NCBI RefSeq assembly: GCF_009914755.1
Contig: NC_060929.1
Length of the DNA stretch: 64,000 nt
From: the human T2T-CHM13v2.0 reference genome, Homo sapiens
Strand: one strand, 5' to 3'
Within the stretch, counting starts at the first letter, position 1. Every line of letters starts with the position of its first letter. The notes under the pieces were generated by a model. The model saw only the letters and a list, made by a program, of their open reading frames with translations. It was not told the DNA's origin and made no database searches. Below are positions 16,491 to 31,250 of the stretch, in pieces. The translations under genes and the position numbers were made by a program.

Positions 16491-19400
16491 TGTAATGATT
16501 GTGATATGTAATGATTCCCACCCAACAGGCAGGAGAGCCTAGACCATGGAGGCTAGGTGACTTGCCTATGGTCACCTGATAAAGCCAGAGATAGAAGCCA
16601 GGGCTCATGGAGTCCCAGGCCAGTGGTCTTTCCCCAGGATTCCTGTTGTTTTTTAGGAGGAAATGTTAATATAGACAGTTCTGTCTGTGTCTAACCCCTT
16701 AGTAGCTGGTTCTGGCTTTTGTAGGGGATTGGGGGACAGGACTTCCTCAGCACACAAGACCCTCAATCCTAGGCATTAGCCCCTCTGGGTGGGGCATTTG
16801 TGGGAGCAGGGGACATGGCATGACTCCCTCTTTGTTCTGTGAGAGGCAGAGGGGGTTAGGAGTGCTGTGCTCCCAGGACTCTCCTCCTCCCACCGCCACC
16901 TGCTGCCTGCCAGATCCTGTAGTCCTTCCTGGGGAATCATCACAGAGGCCTCCAGGAACCTGGAGTGGGGAGGGAGCAGGACAGGCAGGTCCTCCCTCCT
17001 GTGGCAGGACTCTGTGGCTCAGGCCTGGGAACTGAGTGTGGGAGGAGGTATGGTCTCCCTAAATAGTTGCTCCCAGCGGGCCATTTGGAAAGAGAAACAG
17101 ACTTTTGCGCTAGGGGGCAGGGGCATAGATACCCTCTGCAGCTGCCCTGGTCACCTTGTTGCCTGAAGACTGTTCCCAGTGGTCTTAGATACAGAGTGGT
17201 GGCCCTTGCTCCTGTCAGAGTAGGTTTAAAGACCACACAGGTAGATTTCTCCCAGAAACAACACCACTTAGAATTTTCCTTCAGGGAGCATAGCACAGGG
17301 GAGATGTCCACACACAGTCATACCTGTGTTTGAATCCCAGCTCTGCCTTTTTGCTTGTGGGTGGTCGAGTTGGGAGTGTGCTTGAGAAATTATTCAGCCT
17401 CTTCAACTCTCAGTTTCTACCTCTATAAAACGGGAACAAGAATACTTACCTCAAAGATTTGTGGTATGAATTAAACAAAATAACCTGTTTGAACTGCTTA
17501 ACATGTGTGTGCACGTGGTAGCCCGTGGTAGCTATTTTTATCATCATCATCATCGTTAAGCATGTCAGTGGCCTCTACCAGTCTGTGGGTGGAAGCAGCT
17601 TTCATGTGTGGCTCAGCCTCATGGAGGCTGTGCATTTGCTGTGACTCAGGATTCTAGAATGACTGAGCCAAAGATCTCAAACTTCTCTTTGCTATATTGT
17701 TATTTGCAGTCACACTCACACACTCAGTTATCCAGGGTGAATAATTAAGTTTCTGTTGATGTAGGTTGCCATGCTGTTTATTTCCCTGTTTCTCTTCTGT
17801 TTAGTTCAGCGTCCTTCAAAGAAGACAATAGTTAAGTAGCTAAACTATATTGAGGGCTTAGTATACTAAAAGTGTTACATAAATTAGCCCCTTTCATTCA
17901 CATAACCAGATTTAGAAACAGAGTTTCAATAATGCCTAAGACTACACTGCTACCGTGCAGCAGACCCAGCAGACCCGGGCTTCACATGTCTCATTCCAGA
18001 GCCCACACTGGCCTCTGTACTACCCGCTTTTAAACAGGACAGTGGTTGAATTTGGTGACCTTGAGAGATCAGGTAGTCTGGTCTTTCTTACCTCCTTTCC
18101 AGGCTGAGCTGAACATCACAGAGGGGAATATCTGTGATTTTCTTGAGAAACTTTACAGCGAAAGCTGCTGGCTCTGCCCTTGGTAGCCATTTTTATGGTC
18201 TGGAGGGACAGTGGCTTCTTCCTAGAGCCACTTTGCAGTGTTCCCTTGAGGCCAGCTGTCCATCCTCGAGAGCAGTTAGGAGGTCCATGTTGAGAGTGTG
18301 CTCAGTCCTTAGTTGGAAACCTGGAAACGCAGACCATGAGGGTGGTGTCCCACTGGCACATGGCAGGTGGGACCTTCTGCCACCCTGGCTGTGTGTGTGG
18401 CGTCCAGTGCGAGTGGTAGCCAGACATCATGCCCACCTGCCCTCGAGCTGCTTGCCTGCAGCTGGCTCCTTACTCACAGATCTGCATCCATCCGGCGCTG
18501 GGGAGCAGAGGAAGTGGTCTGTGGGCCAGCTGAATTGCCCAAGGAGCTGAGTCACTGGCTGATTTCGGCCTGCCCTGCAGTCCCTGGGGTGACTATGGTG
18601 ATAGGGGAGAGAAATCTGCTTATCTAGGGGCCTTGAAGCCTGAGAACTCAGACACTCCAGGAGGGTCCTTCATGCCACAGCATTTACTGAGCACCTACTG
18701 TGTGCCTAGAGAGGTCATGCGAGAGACCTCAGCATGGGAGTGTGTGTTGGGCTGCCTGGAGCCCAGGTGGCTGGTGGCCACCAGGGAGCTCCACTGCCTT
18801 AGAAGGATCTGAGGCTGGCAGAGGGGCCAGGTTGGTGTGCTGCTGTTTATCTGAGCAGATTCCATGACAACCAGGAGATAAATGCCTGAGGTCAAGCAAA
18901 CCCTGAAACAAGATTAGGTGTCTGGGTAGGGTGGGACCTATACTGTGATTTGGAGACCCTTAAGTGACCAGTATCTTCTGGGTGACTATTTAGCATGCTT
19001 AATTAATTTGTTAATTAACTAATGCCCCATCCTACTCCAGAAAGGATTGAAAGTGACTCAATTCAGCAGGTCTTTTAGAGGGAGGAAGGCATCCTGAGTT
19101 TGCTGTGAGTGAAAAGCTAGGGTTTATTCAGGCCCCGAGAGGGTCATTTACCAGCTGCCAGCCCAGCTCCACACTCCTAGGGCTGGCTCCCATGAAAGCA
19201 CAGCCTTTGCTGCCAAAGCTGGTTTGCAGCGTTGCTGGGATCGCCTCCTGGTCTCTTTGCAACAAGTGGCCCCGACACCTTCCTGCTTTGACGCAAATCA
19301 TGTGACTTAAGAGAAGCAACCTGACCTCAATTACCAGGTGCAAACATCAGTCACTGAGAGTAAGCAGGAGGCCTCCAGTGTCCCTGGTTGTTTTAGCCTC

Positions 19401-21819
19401 CAGCATTAAATATTAAGAGTGAACTGTTCAGGGTGTGATAAAGGCTGTGTCTCACAGTTTATGATTTCCAGTAAACCAGAGGGCTTAAAGGAAGGGCCAG
19501 GGACAGGTGAGAGATTCCAGACCTGGCCCTCTGCTGAGCTGGTAGAGCAATTTCTGCAGGAATGGGAGGGGCAGGGAGTGAGTCCACAGCTAGTAAAGAT
19601 TTGCCCTGTTCTGTGGCACAGCTAGAGAGCTGCATTGTCTGCCCAGCAGGCCCCAGAAAGTGAGGCCAGTTTCTGCTCCCAGCCAGGCAGCTGCATGCAC
19701 TCTCAGCATAGGGATATGGGAAAAAGAAGAAGTGTGATGTGTCCTCACCGTGCTGGCCACTGTGCCTGCCTCCTGCTGGGTGCCAGGCCAGCCAGGAGCC
19801 CTGGGCACATTCCTCTATCAGTGTAGGCAATGGGCAGCTCCAACTGCTCTCACAGAAAGCTAGAGGAACATTTCGGTATTCAGAGCCTTCAGACACATGG
19901 GCTGGGGTTGCTCAGCATCTGGCCTCCATGGGGAAGTCCAGGCCACAAGGAAGCTGCAAGCAGGCAGCATATCCCACTTAGGCCTAGGAAGGGAACTGAG
20001 GTCCCCCTCCCACCCTGCAATGTCATAAGGAGACTCAGCCCTTTCTGAGTTTCTCTAGAGCACCTAATCTGATAGCAGTGATAGAAGCCATACATCAAAT
20101 TAACTCAGCATGCAGTAACAGTGGCATGCATTCATTTAACAAGTATTTAATGAACACTTGACTCTCTGCCACACACTGTACTAGATGCTGGGCATACAGT
20201 AGTGAACAGACAAGGTCCCTGCTCAAATGGAGCTACAGCATAATGGTGGAGATAGAAAGAAAACACAGAAATAAAACATTGGTGCTAGCAGTAAGTGCTC
20301 TCTAACAAATTAAAATAGACTGAAGTGTAATCAAGTGACTGAGTGACTGCTTTGGATTGGGTAGTCAAGGATAGCCTCTGAGGAAGTGGCATTTCAGGGG
20401 ATACCTGAAAGAAAAGACTAGAAAAGAGCAGGTGAAAGAGCAGACTCTGTCCTGTCTGCTGTAGGCGCAGGAGAGCCAGAGTGACAGGAGGAGAGGAAGA
20501 ATGTTCTAGAACATATAGCTTGGTTAACTTGCTTTGGTGTTTGTGACACTTTCTTGCTTATTTTCTGAATTACGCGCTAAACCTTCATTCAGTAAAGTTT
20601 TATTGCATGCCCTCTGAGTGCCAGGAATTTTGCCGGATGGCATTAAAATCAAGATGAATATGTCAAGTCTCTTCTCAAGGGGTGTCCAGTGTGTTGGGAG
20701 AGATGAGCCAGGAAACCAAGACAGTGTGGAAGTGCTGTGAGTGAGAGAATCAAAGAGGGCTAACAGGAGCATACAGAAGGGCTTCCCAACTCCCCGTGGG
20801 CAGTCCAGCAGGGCTCCCAGAGGAGAGGACACCTGAGAGGTCCTGGAGGCTGCGGAAGGTTAGCCAGAAGGAGAATGTATGTCCCAGGCACAGAGAGTGG
20901 CCTGTGCAAAGGCCTGGAGGGTAGGGTAAGCAAATGAGAGAAGGATGCTGGAGGGTCTTGGAGATGGAACAGGTGGCCAGGAATCACAGAAAGCCTGGAA
21001 TGCTCTGCTCTAGAGCCTGAACCAGACACTGGAGAATAGCTTGCGGAATGAAGACAGATTCCTAAGGGGCCAAGTCAGCAGCTGGTAAAGGCTGGAGGAA
21101 AGGACACTGAGTTTATGAGTCACTGTTCAGACCACTCTCTGGGGCTCCCTTCCTACCTGGGAGCTATCCCAGGCGACGACCAACACACTCTAGCCATTTC
21201 CCAAATCAGAATAGAACATTCACCTGACCCAGGCACCCAGGCAGGAACATGCAGGTATTTAAACATCCAGGTTAACACATTTGACTACTTGGTTTTGGGG
21301 GAGCAGGCATGATGGGTTAAGACCTATTAATCTGGAAGTAAGCACTAGGTTTTCCTTTAGGGCAGGAAGACCTTCCTTGCAAAATCCCTTTCTGGCAAGT
21401 CTCACTGGGCTGTAAAATTGCAAACGCACTGTTATCACATCCCAATAAGTGCATGATTTGATTTTAAAGTAAGATAATCTTGCGTTCATTCCAGCCTCAT
21501 AGGGAACATACAGTTTTCTCCATCCTTTTCTCTTACTTACTCCCCTTCCTCTGTTTCCCTCTGTCATCTCTAATCCCCAGAGTATCTGGTTATCTTTTTT
21601 ATACACTCATTACTCCTTCAAAACACTCCAATATAGATAACAATACTTGATTATTTGGAAGTTATCTCAACTATACATGAGCTGATGAAAACCAGGAAGT
21701 AAGCAATAAGCAAAACAGGCAGACAGAGAGTCCAAAGTCCAAAATAAATTAACATTTGTTGAGGACTTGTGGACTTACTATGTTCCAGGCATTATGCTAA
21801 CCTCATCACAGTCTCTATT

Positions 21820-22305
21820 TTGATTAATCTTCTGTTTGCTCCTGCAGATCCACTCTCCGTCCTCTCTACCTGCTCTGGGTTGGGAGGCTGACCTGAATGG
21901 GCCACATCACTCATCTATCTTGCCTCTGGATTCTAGTTAGATTTGGTCCATGGGGAGCATTAGCAAGAGATGGAAGGACTCAGGAAGATGAGGTCAGGAG
22001 TTCCCCGAGGAGGGCAAGTGGTTAAGTTATTCCCCCGGGTCCCTATCAGGTCGCTTTAGGCCAACTGCATCCTCCACTGGAGCCCACAGCTCCTGCCAGA
22101 CACCCTTCCAATAGCTGCCTCCTTTGGGTCCCCTTACCCATTTATTCCCTTCCTTCATACCTTCAGGTTACAAGTGGTAACAGCTCCCCATTGTTGCTAG
22201 CCCCCATATGCTTCACTGTCTCATCTTGATTTCCCTGAGCCCTCCCCACACCTTTGTAAACAGTCCCAGTCCAAGTTCACCATCTGTTTCCTACCCAACT
22301 TGATG
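21820..22305. mobile_element. Old ERVL LTR (LTR33-like)
   Basis: GGGAGGCTGACCT...TTGCCTCTGGATTCTAGTTAGATTTGGTCCATGGGGAGCA resembles LTR33. A similar element lies at about 47530-47985. Confidence 0.55.
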
Positions 22306-23946
22306 ATACAACGAGGTAAGCACTGTATTAGCCCATCTTAAGACAAGGAACCTGAGCCCCAGAGAAGTTTAATAACTTGTCCCAGAACACACAGCTGGTA
22401 AACCACAGAGCTAGGTCTCAAATCCAGGTGTTTCTGATTCCAAAGCATGGGCACGTTTCGTCATTATATCATATTGCTTCCCATGCCCTAAAGATCGTCT
22501 CCCCCAGACTTCATGAAACATCAGTTTACTCTGGTATTTTTCCCAATCAGCAACCATTTAAAAAGAGCAAACACTAGAAGTAAATGCTTTCAAATAAATC
22601 GTGAGAGGTAACTGATGCTGGTCTGGATTGAGAAAGGCACAATAACTATTCAAAATAGGCCTATGAACTTCAGAAGCCTGTGGAATCCACACTTGCCGTG
22701 TCCTCTGCACTTTCCTTCTCTGTGCCTTCTGAAGGGTGGTGGCATTGACATCACCATCTGTGGGAGCTCACATAAAGTCCTGAATCTGCCAAAAGACATA
22801 ACTTGAGGTTGCCTAACATCACCCCCATGTAGTATCCAAACACTGGTCCTTATTTTAGTGGCTGGTTTTCATGTTTAATTTGTGATACCCCAAGAATACG
22901 ACAGAGGTTCTTTTTTTTTTTTTAAGTTCTGAAACTGCTGATTCAGTTTGCATGAGGATATTACTTTTTTAAAGGAACTTTCAAAAACACCTAAAATTTA
23001 ATTTTAGCCATAGTTTAGTTAGAGAATCCCTGGGTACAGAATTTTTCTCTACTTCCCAGCATTTACAGAATCTGATGTCACTTGGGAGTTGGAGGGAGAC
23101 TTTGGGGGAACAGCCAGGAAGTGGCCCTTGGGTCCTTGAGCCATCTAGTTGGGGAGAAAGGGCCATTTTTACCCTGAAACTCTGTTCTGTTCATGTGCAT
23201 TGTCCCAAGGTTCTTATGAAGACAGTCGGTCCTTATGAAGACAGTCAGTTCTTGACTGTCTTCGTGACTTGTCTGGCCAGCTCTTCAATACCTTAGCCAG
23301 ACAAGACCATAAAAGGCCACCTGCTTTACTTATATTTGACTGTTGGTAAGGTTGACCCTGAAATCTTTTACATTTGTATTTCTTTTGATAATTTTGTTCA
23401 CATGTATGTTAGAAACTGCTCATTGCTCTACAGTATCCATTCCCTCTTTCTTAGTAACAAAACCAATTTTTTGCTGATCCCTTTTCCACCCAGCTGAAAA
23501 CTACGTTCCCCTGGCAATTTTGCAGCAAAGTGTGATCATGTGGCTGGGTTCCGGACAATGGATGCAAGTGGGTGTCATATGGGACTTCGAAGCCAGCTCC
23601 TTAACAGGAGGGGGTGTGCCCTTTATTCACCCTCCTTTCTCCATCCTACTTTCTTAAATGAGGATGTGGTGACTATCACTCTAGCAACTACCACAAGACA
23701 TGAGAATGAGAGCTGCACTTTAGGAATAGGGGCAGGATGAGCCAGAAGAAGCGTAGGTCCCTGGTGACACCTGAAGTCACCAAACCAGCCCTGAACTGAT
23801 CATTTCTAGACCTTTTTTTTCAGTGAGAGAAAGAAAGAAAATCCCATCTTGCTTAAGCCACTATTGTTTTCTGTTTTATGTAACTGAACAAAATTCTAAC
23901 CAATACAAAATAATGTTTATAATACACAATACCATAATCAATGCTG

Positions 23947-24651
<705 letters not shown>

Positions 24652-25522
24652 TGAAGGACATGTCCTTTCTGTCAGTGTTGCTGTAAATATAATTCCTTGT
24701 TTTTGCTTGTCTTTTGATTTTGTTTATGAGTTCTGTTTTTAAAGTCTTGGTGTTTGTTTTTAATATGGCTAAAATTTCTTTAAAATGCTGTTTGCTCTTT
24801 TATCCAAAATTCTTCCCCCCTTAGATAAGTATTCACCAATATTTTTCTGGTTTTTCAATGACTTCACTGTTTACAATTAGCGTTTTAGTCCATTGGTGAG
24901 TACTGTTGGTAAGTTTTTAATCTTTTGTAGGTCATAAGTGTTTAGGCCTAAATACTCTCCTGAGTTCTAAAGCAGGAGCCAGCGTCACCTCTTGTTTATA
25001 CACCCTGTCCTGGCCTGAGCCTCCTGAAGGCTGGCACATTCAGCACAGACCCCTCTCACTCCTACTTCCCACCCACCGCCCTTCTGTGGGTCACCTGCCC
25101 ACTACTCAAGATAGCACTCTTGGCTTCTTCTGGAACTTCTGTCTTCACCACCCTGTGTTCGGCTCTATTCCAACTCATCTCTAATTTCTCTTTACCGAGA
25201 CCAGGCCGCTGACAGCCCTCTCAACGATTCTAGGAGATTTTTGTTATTTCTTCTCTGGAAATACAATATAAAGAATTTTTATATGGTTTTCCAAGTAGAT
25301 ATGAAGCTTTTTAAATTAAAATTTTGTGTTCTGATAAGAGAAATGAACCATCTTCATCATTTTAAGAAGTAGAAAATATATTATAGAAAAGCACCAAAGA
25401 AAATAAAAACAACATAGAAAGTAAAAAGTGAAAGCCCTACCACCTTCAAGAGGTGACCTCTGTCAACAGTTGATATATCTCTTTTCAGACTTATTTATAC
25501 AAACAAATGTGGATCTTTATAA

Positions 25523-25969
<447 letters not shown>

Positions 25970-26409
25970 TAAAGGCTGCTTGGTATGTATTCCACCACGT
26001 AGATGTACTGCTAGTTCATCTCCTCCCCTACAGATGACCACAAAGTTTTTCAATGTCCTGATAATATTTATAGGCCACTACATCCTCATTTTTATACTTT
26101 TATGCATTTGTGCTAGTGTTTCTATAAAATAGATTTCTACAATTGAGACTGTTGAGTTAAAGGGTATATACATAGTAAGTTGTATATACTTCCAGTTGCC
26201 CCTTGTTGAAACCTTGTACCAATCAGTGCAGTGTCCTTTTAAATGGTCTTTTCATTGCCTGTTGCTTCCCTGTCTCCCCACCCCCCGGCTCTTCACCCTA
26301 GTGCTAGAATTGCTTTTATGAAACTCAGATCTGACCATGGCTTGCCCTGTTTAAAATACCTCAGTGGCTCCTCACTGTCAGCAAAACCCAAACATTCATC
26401 TAAGCTCCT

Positions 26410-26835
26410 TCTCAGTTGGAGTCCTCTGGGAAGCAGACACCAAAACAGAATGAAAAGTGCAGAAGATTTATTGGGGGTAAGAAGAGCTAATGCCTATGAA
26501 AGATAAAGGAGAAAGGAGCAGAAGTACGGAGAGAAAAGACAGCTTTCAGACTGCAGTCCAGATCTAACTCTGGGACGCAAGAGAGGGAAGGATAATTCTG
26601 TTGAAAGAGCATCAGACTGTGATGCGGCTGTAAGAGTGTCTCAACGAGCCCAGTGGGGAGTTCCAGCCAAAGATTGCCCAGGAGAAGAGTCGCACTTTGG
26701 GCAGAAATGGACAGGCCCGAGCAACCCTGCCATGTTCTGTCATTGGCTGGGGGCCACCCAGGAGGCAACATGGTCTGACTTGAATGGTGTGGATCCGAGG
26801 CTGCAGCCTGTCAGCTGTCTGCACTCCATGCAACA
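26410..26835. mobile_element. Old ERVL LTR (LTR16-like)
   Basis: TGGGAAGCAGACAC...AGATTTATTGGGG...CTGTCATTGGCTGGGGGCCACCC. Confidence 0.55.
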
Positions 26836-29800
26836 GGTCCTTTGAATGGCATGTGTTCGTGGCTGCCATAAACTGCAGCCTGCCTTTTAGCCTTACCTCC
26901 TTTGCTCTTGCTCTCTGACCCCGTGTTCTGGCAACACTGGCCTGACTACACGCCGTATCACATACAACCAACTGCCCATACCAACCCCAACCCTGACCTT
27001 TGCTCACTCAGTTCTTTCTGCCTGGAATGCCACTCCTTCCCAGTTATACCCAGCAAAATCCTAATGTGCTTTCAAGGCCCAACTTAAAAATCATCTTCTC
27101 TGGTTGACCTCACCATGTAGAATTAATTGTTCCTTGCTCCTATGGTGCTATGTGTATATTAGTACTTCCCAGATTGGAGTATTCTTAGCTGTTTTTTTCT
27201 CAGATTTTTGCCTCCTCTAAACCTAGCAAAACGTCAGCACACAGTAAATGTTGACTGAGCTGTTTCCCTGCTCCTCGCAAAGCACCTTGAGGTTGCAGAA
27301 TTCCAACTCCCGGAATGGTTGGAAGCACACAGTACATGGTCAATAAGTGTTTGTTGACTTGTCTGGGACCTAGTATTGGTGGGGTGAGGTGGGCAGAAGG
27401 CTGCTGAGGGTGGGTATTTACTGTTGTTGGGGCTCACCAGTCTGGGGCCACATTGGAGTTTTAAGACTAGAGCATGTCTTCCCCTGTTTTTATTTTTCTC
27501 CATGATTTGGAAAGACCCCAGAGGTGGGTTTTTTTTTTTTTAAGTAATCACTTTATTGTCTCTGGTCAACAAATGAGAACTTTTATGGGTCTTCCCTTTT
27601 TCAACCACATTTTCATGAGTTGGGATTTTGCATTTCTTCATTACCCATTCTCCTTATGGGTAAAAGAAGAGCCATTATGATACCTAGGATGAGAGCTCCA
27701 GGTCAGATGGGTAATCATTTTCAGACTGGAGGCTCATGGGATACAGGGAATTGGGAAGGTAGAAATGATATTTTTCCTCTTCCTCTTTCCCACATCCACC
27801 AATTAAAGAACTTCCCTGGGAGTGGACCTGTGGGAAGTGGCTAAGGGTTTCCGGGGTGGGTACAGCAGGGAGTGACATCAGGGCGTGGTGGGGATGAGGT
27901 GGGTGGAGAGGACAAAGAGGGACTCTCCACCTTCCTTTGGATCTATGAGGATGTTCCTTGGCCACTGTCCCTCAGCAGAAGGAGGCTAGAGCTGAGGTGG
28001 CCACACCCTCCACTCATTTTCAACCCCTTCAATCTGTCAGGCCCTCAGAGGAAACCCTAGGGTTTCCCCACCAAGATGTAAGGGCTGTGTGCCTCTGCCT
28101 TCTCTCTTAGGGTGGTCAGCACAGGTGGAAGCAGGGAGGTACTGGGCTGAGGCTTCGGTTGTCAGTGCTAGCTTGACAGCAGTTAAGAATTTTTTTTGTT
28201 TTGTTTTTTAAAATTTATTTTTCTGTAATTTTTAATGTAGTTAAAATTTATACATAATTCACACCACTTCAATTTATACATATTGAAACATCACTATGTA
28301 TCCCATAAACGTATAATTATTATGTATTATCATTGTCTGGGACCTCATATTGTGTGTTATAATGATTATACATATTTACAAGGTACATAATGATGTTTCA
28401 ATACATATTATGTATAGTGATCACATCAGGGTAATTAGCATATCCACCATCTCAAATGTTTGTCATCTCTTTGTGTTGGGAACAGTCACTATCCTCCTCC
28501 TAGCTATTAGCAGTGGTTAGGGATTTTGGAAGTTGTGTAGTGTGAAGAAGCCTGTGGGCCAGAGGTTCTTATCACAGACTCTTTCTTCTTCAGGAGCTAT
28601 GAACCATCCTTCCCCAAAGTGTTATCAAACTGTGCCTTTGGTGGAGGCATAGCTCTCGTCGGATTCTTTTTTGCCAGAAAGATCTGTGAACGAAACTGCT
28701 ACTATGTTAACTCAGAGAACAGCCTCCCTAATAAAGAAGAGGATGTGTTCCTACAAGAGCCAGGTTTTAGTTGGATTGTTAGTGTGAGTGATGAAGACCT
28801 CAGAATGGCTCTAGAAAGAAGCCCAGATCTCAGCTTTGCACTGTGATTGTCCCCCAGCAACTTTGCATTCCCCCTGTATGGGAATAGGGACCTGTGGATT
28901 CTGTTGCCATAGATCCAGAGATTGGACCTAGGAAAGTGAGACCAGGTGGTCTGACACCTACCTCCAGAGCGGACAACCCAGAGACAGAGCAGGCCCCTGC
29001 AGGTGTAGGGGCTGGCGGCGAGAAGACAGCTATGTTTACCCTTGTAGACTAGGAATATCAGTATGAATAGACTAGTCCTAGGCTTTGAAATGAATTTTAG
29101 TGTTCATTATTATTTGGTCATTCTAAAAACCCCTATTTTGAACCTCCACTTCAGAGAAATAGTTCTGATGTTCTCAGAAAATGTCAGGAGTGTATGGTGC
29201 ACAGCAGTGGACAACAAAGGAAGAGAAAACCAGAAAAGGAGAAAAGTGAATAAAAAGAAACTTCTCAAATTAGAGCAAAATACTGAATTCAGTTATGCAA
29301 GCATACAACTGTAACGTGACAACCTCTCTGATTTTGACAGTCCCCCTCCACTTGTATTTTTAAAGTCCTGGCCACAGTTATAAATAGGGAACCATATCTG
29401 TTGAGACTTCCCAAGGGTTACATAAACAGTTTGGATGGTTACATCTTTTTAAACAACAGTTTCTACAAACACTGAAAAAATCCCACTTATTTAACAGTCT
29501 GATGCCTTGAGCCAGTCCTGGGAGTCCCTGGGAGGCCTTGCAGAATCACTTCCTTCTGACTGTGAGTGGGGGCAGGGGCCTGGCTTCTTGAGAGAGAGCA
29601 GGGGAGGAAGAACCCAGTGTGTATGGGGGCGGGCAGGGAGGAGTGGGGTGGGGCAGAGGGAGGGAGGAGGAGGCCCCAGACTGCTACTCATACAGGCAGC
29701 TGTATCTTGTCTCCAGGAGAGAGCAGGGACCCAGGATGGAGCAGACATAGGTCTTCTGGGGACTCAGCCCTTTCGGGAGGGAGTGTGTGCTCTAGGCACA

Positions 29801-30094
29801 CCCTTCCCATTTGACAATCTGATATGAGGTGGAAACAGGGTCCTTGGGCCCCTAAGTCATGTTGGGAATGTTTCCTTCTCTCAAGCCGGAAGAGCTGAGG
29901 TTTATCTGAGAAATGCCTATGTCTCTTTTGACACATCGTAGTCACTAACCCCTTGTTCCTGCTCCAGGAGCCTCTAAAAAGCCATCTAGACCAGAAAAAT
30001 TGGTCTTTTTTAGTGATGGGAGTGGCTTTAATGTCATTCTCCCCTATTTAGTTATGAGCTGTACCTCAGTTTTGTCATTAGAAATATAATTTTA

Positions 30095-30405
<311 letters not shown>

Positions 30406-30515
30406 TTAGTTAAGCGTTCTCCCTTCCCAGATGTCTTTTTAGAAGTGCAGTTAGCTAAAGATACATAGCTCATTACTATAAATTAATTTTATCAAACTGA
30501 TCCATGCACTTCCAT

Positions 30516-31250
30516 TTAAAGAGGACTCGGTCCAGTGGGTCTTAACCTTTTTTTGAGGTCACACACCCCTTCCAGAATCTAATGGCACACATAGACCCTT
30601 TCCCCAGGAAAATTCACAAACATCCAGAATTTCATATGCCACTAGGGGATTTAAAAGACCCCTTTGACTCCACCCTGGGCTTCTGAGTTCTTATGAGAGG
30701 GTGGCACATGGAAAAAGTGGTGGTGAGGGGCAAGGAACAGGGACAAAAAAGGAACCTGGGTCCTTAAGAGATCACTTAGTTGTTTTACCCAAGACTTGGC
30801 ATACAAAAATATCAGAAATGAGTGTCTGCTGCCAAGTGGGGTCACTGCACGTCCTAGAAAAAAAGTATGCCTTCATCTGCAGTGACACACAGCCATGGTG
30901 TTGGGACTGGCACACTGCATCTCTAAGCCGCCAAGAGCTTGACCCTGGATGGGAAGAAAACTGCCCCAGAGATGCTGGAGCTGGCTTTATGAACTGGCTT
31001 TATGCTGGGGAGGTGGATGGCAGATCGCATCCATCTGGTAGGTTGAGGTCCTCTTGGCAAGCCTACTACCATCACCTCCCAGCAGAAGAGGACTGCAAAC
31101 TATCCTTAAAGGGGACTCGGTCCAGTGAGTCTTACCTTTTTTTGAGGTCATACACCCCTTCCGGAATCTGATGGCACACATAGACCCTTTCCCCAGGAAA
31201 ATTCACAAACATCCAGAGTTTCATATGCCACTAGGGGATTTAAAAGACCC
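30516..31250 (+). repeat. Direct repeat of about 145 bp (30516-30661 and 31106-31250)
   Basis: By eye, 6 substitutions and one 1-nt indel between the copies. Confidence 0.95.
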
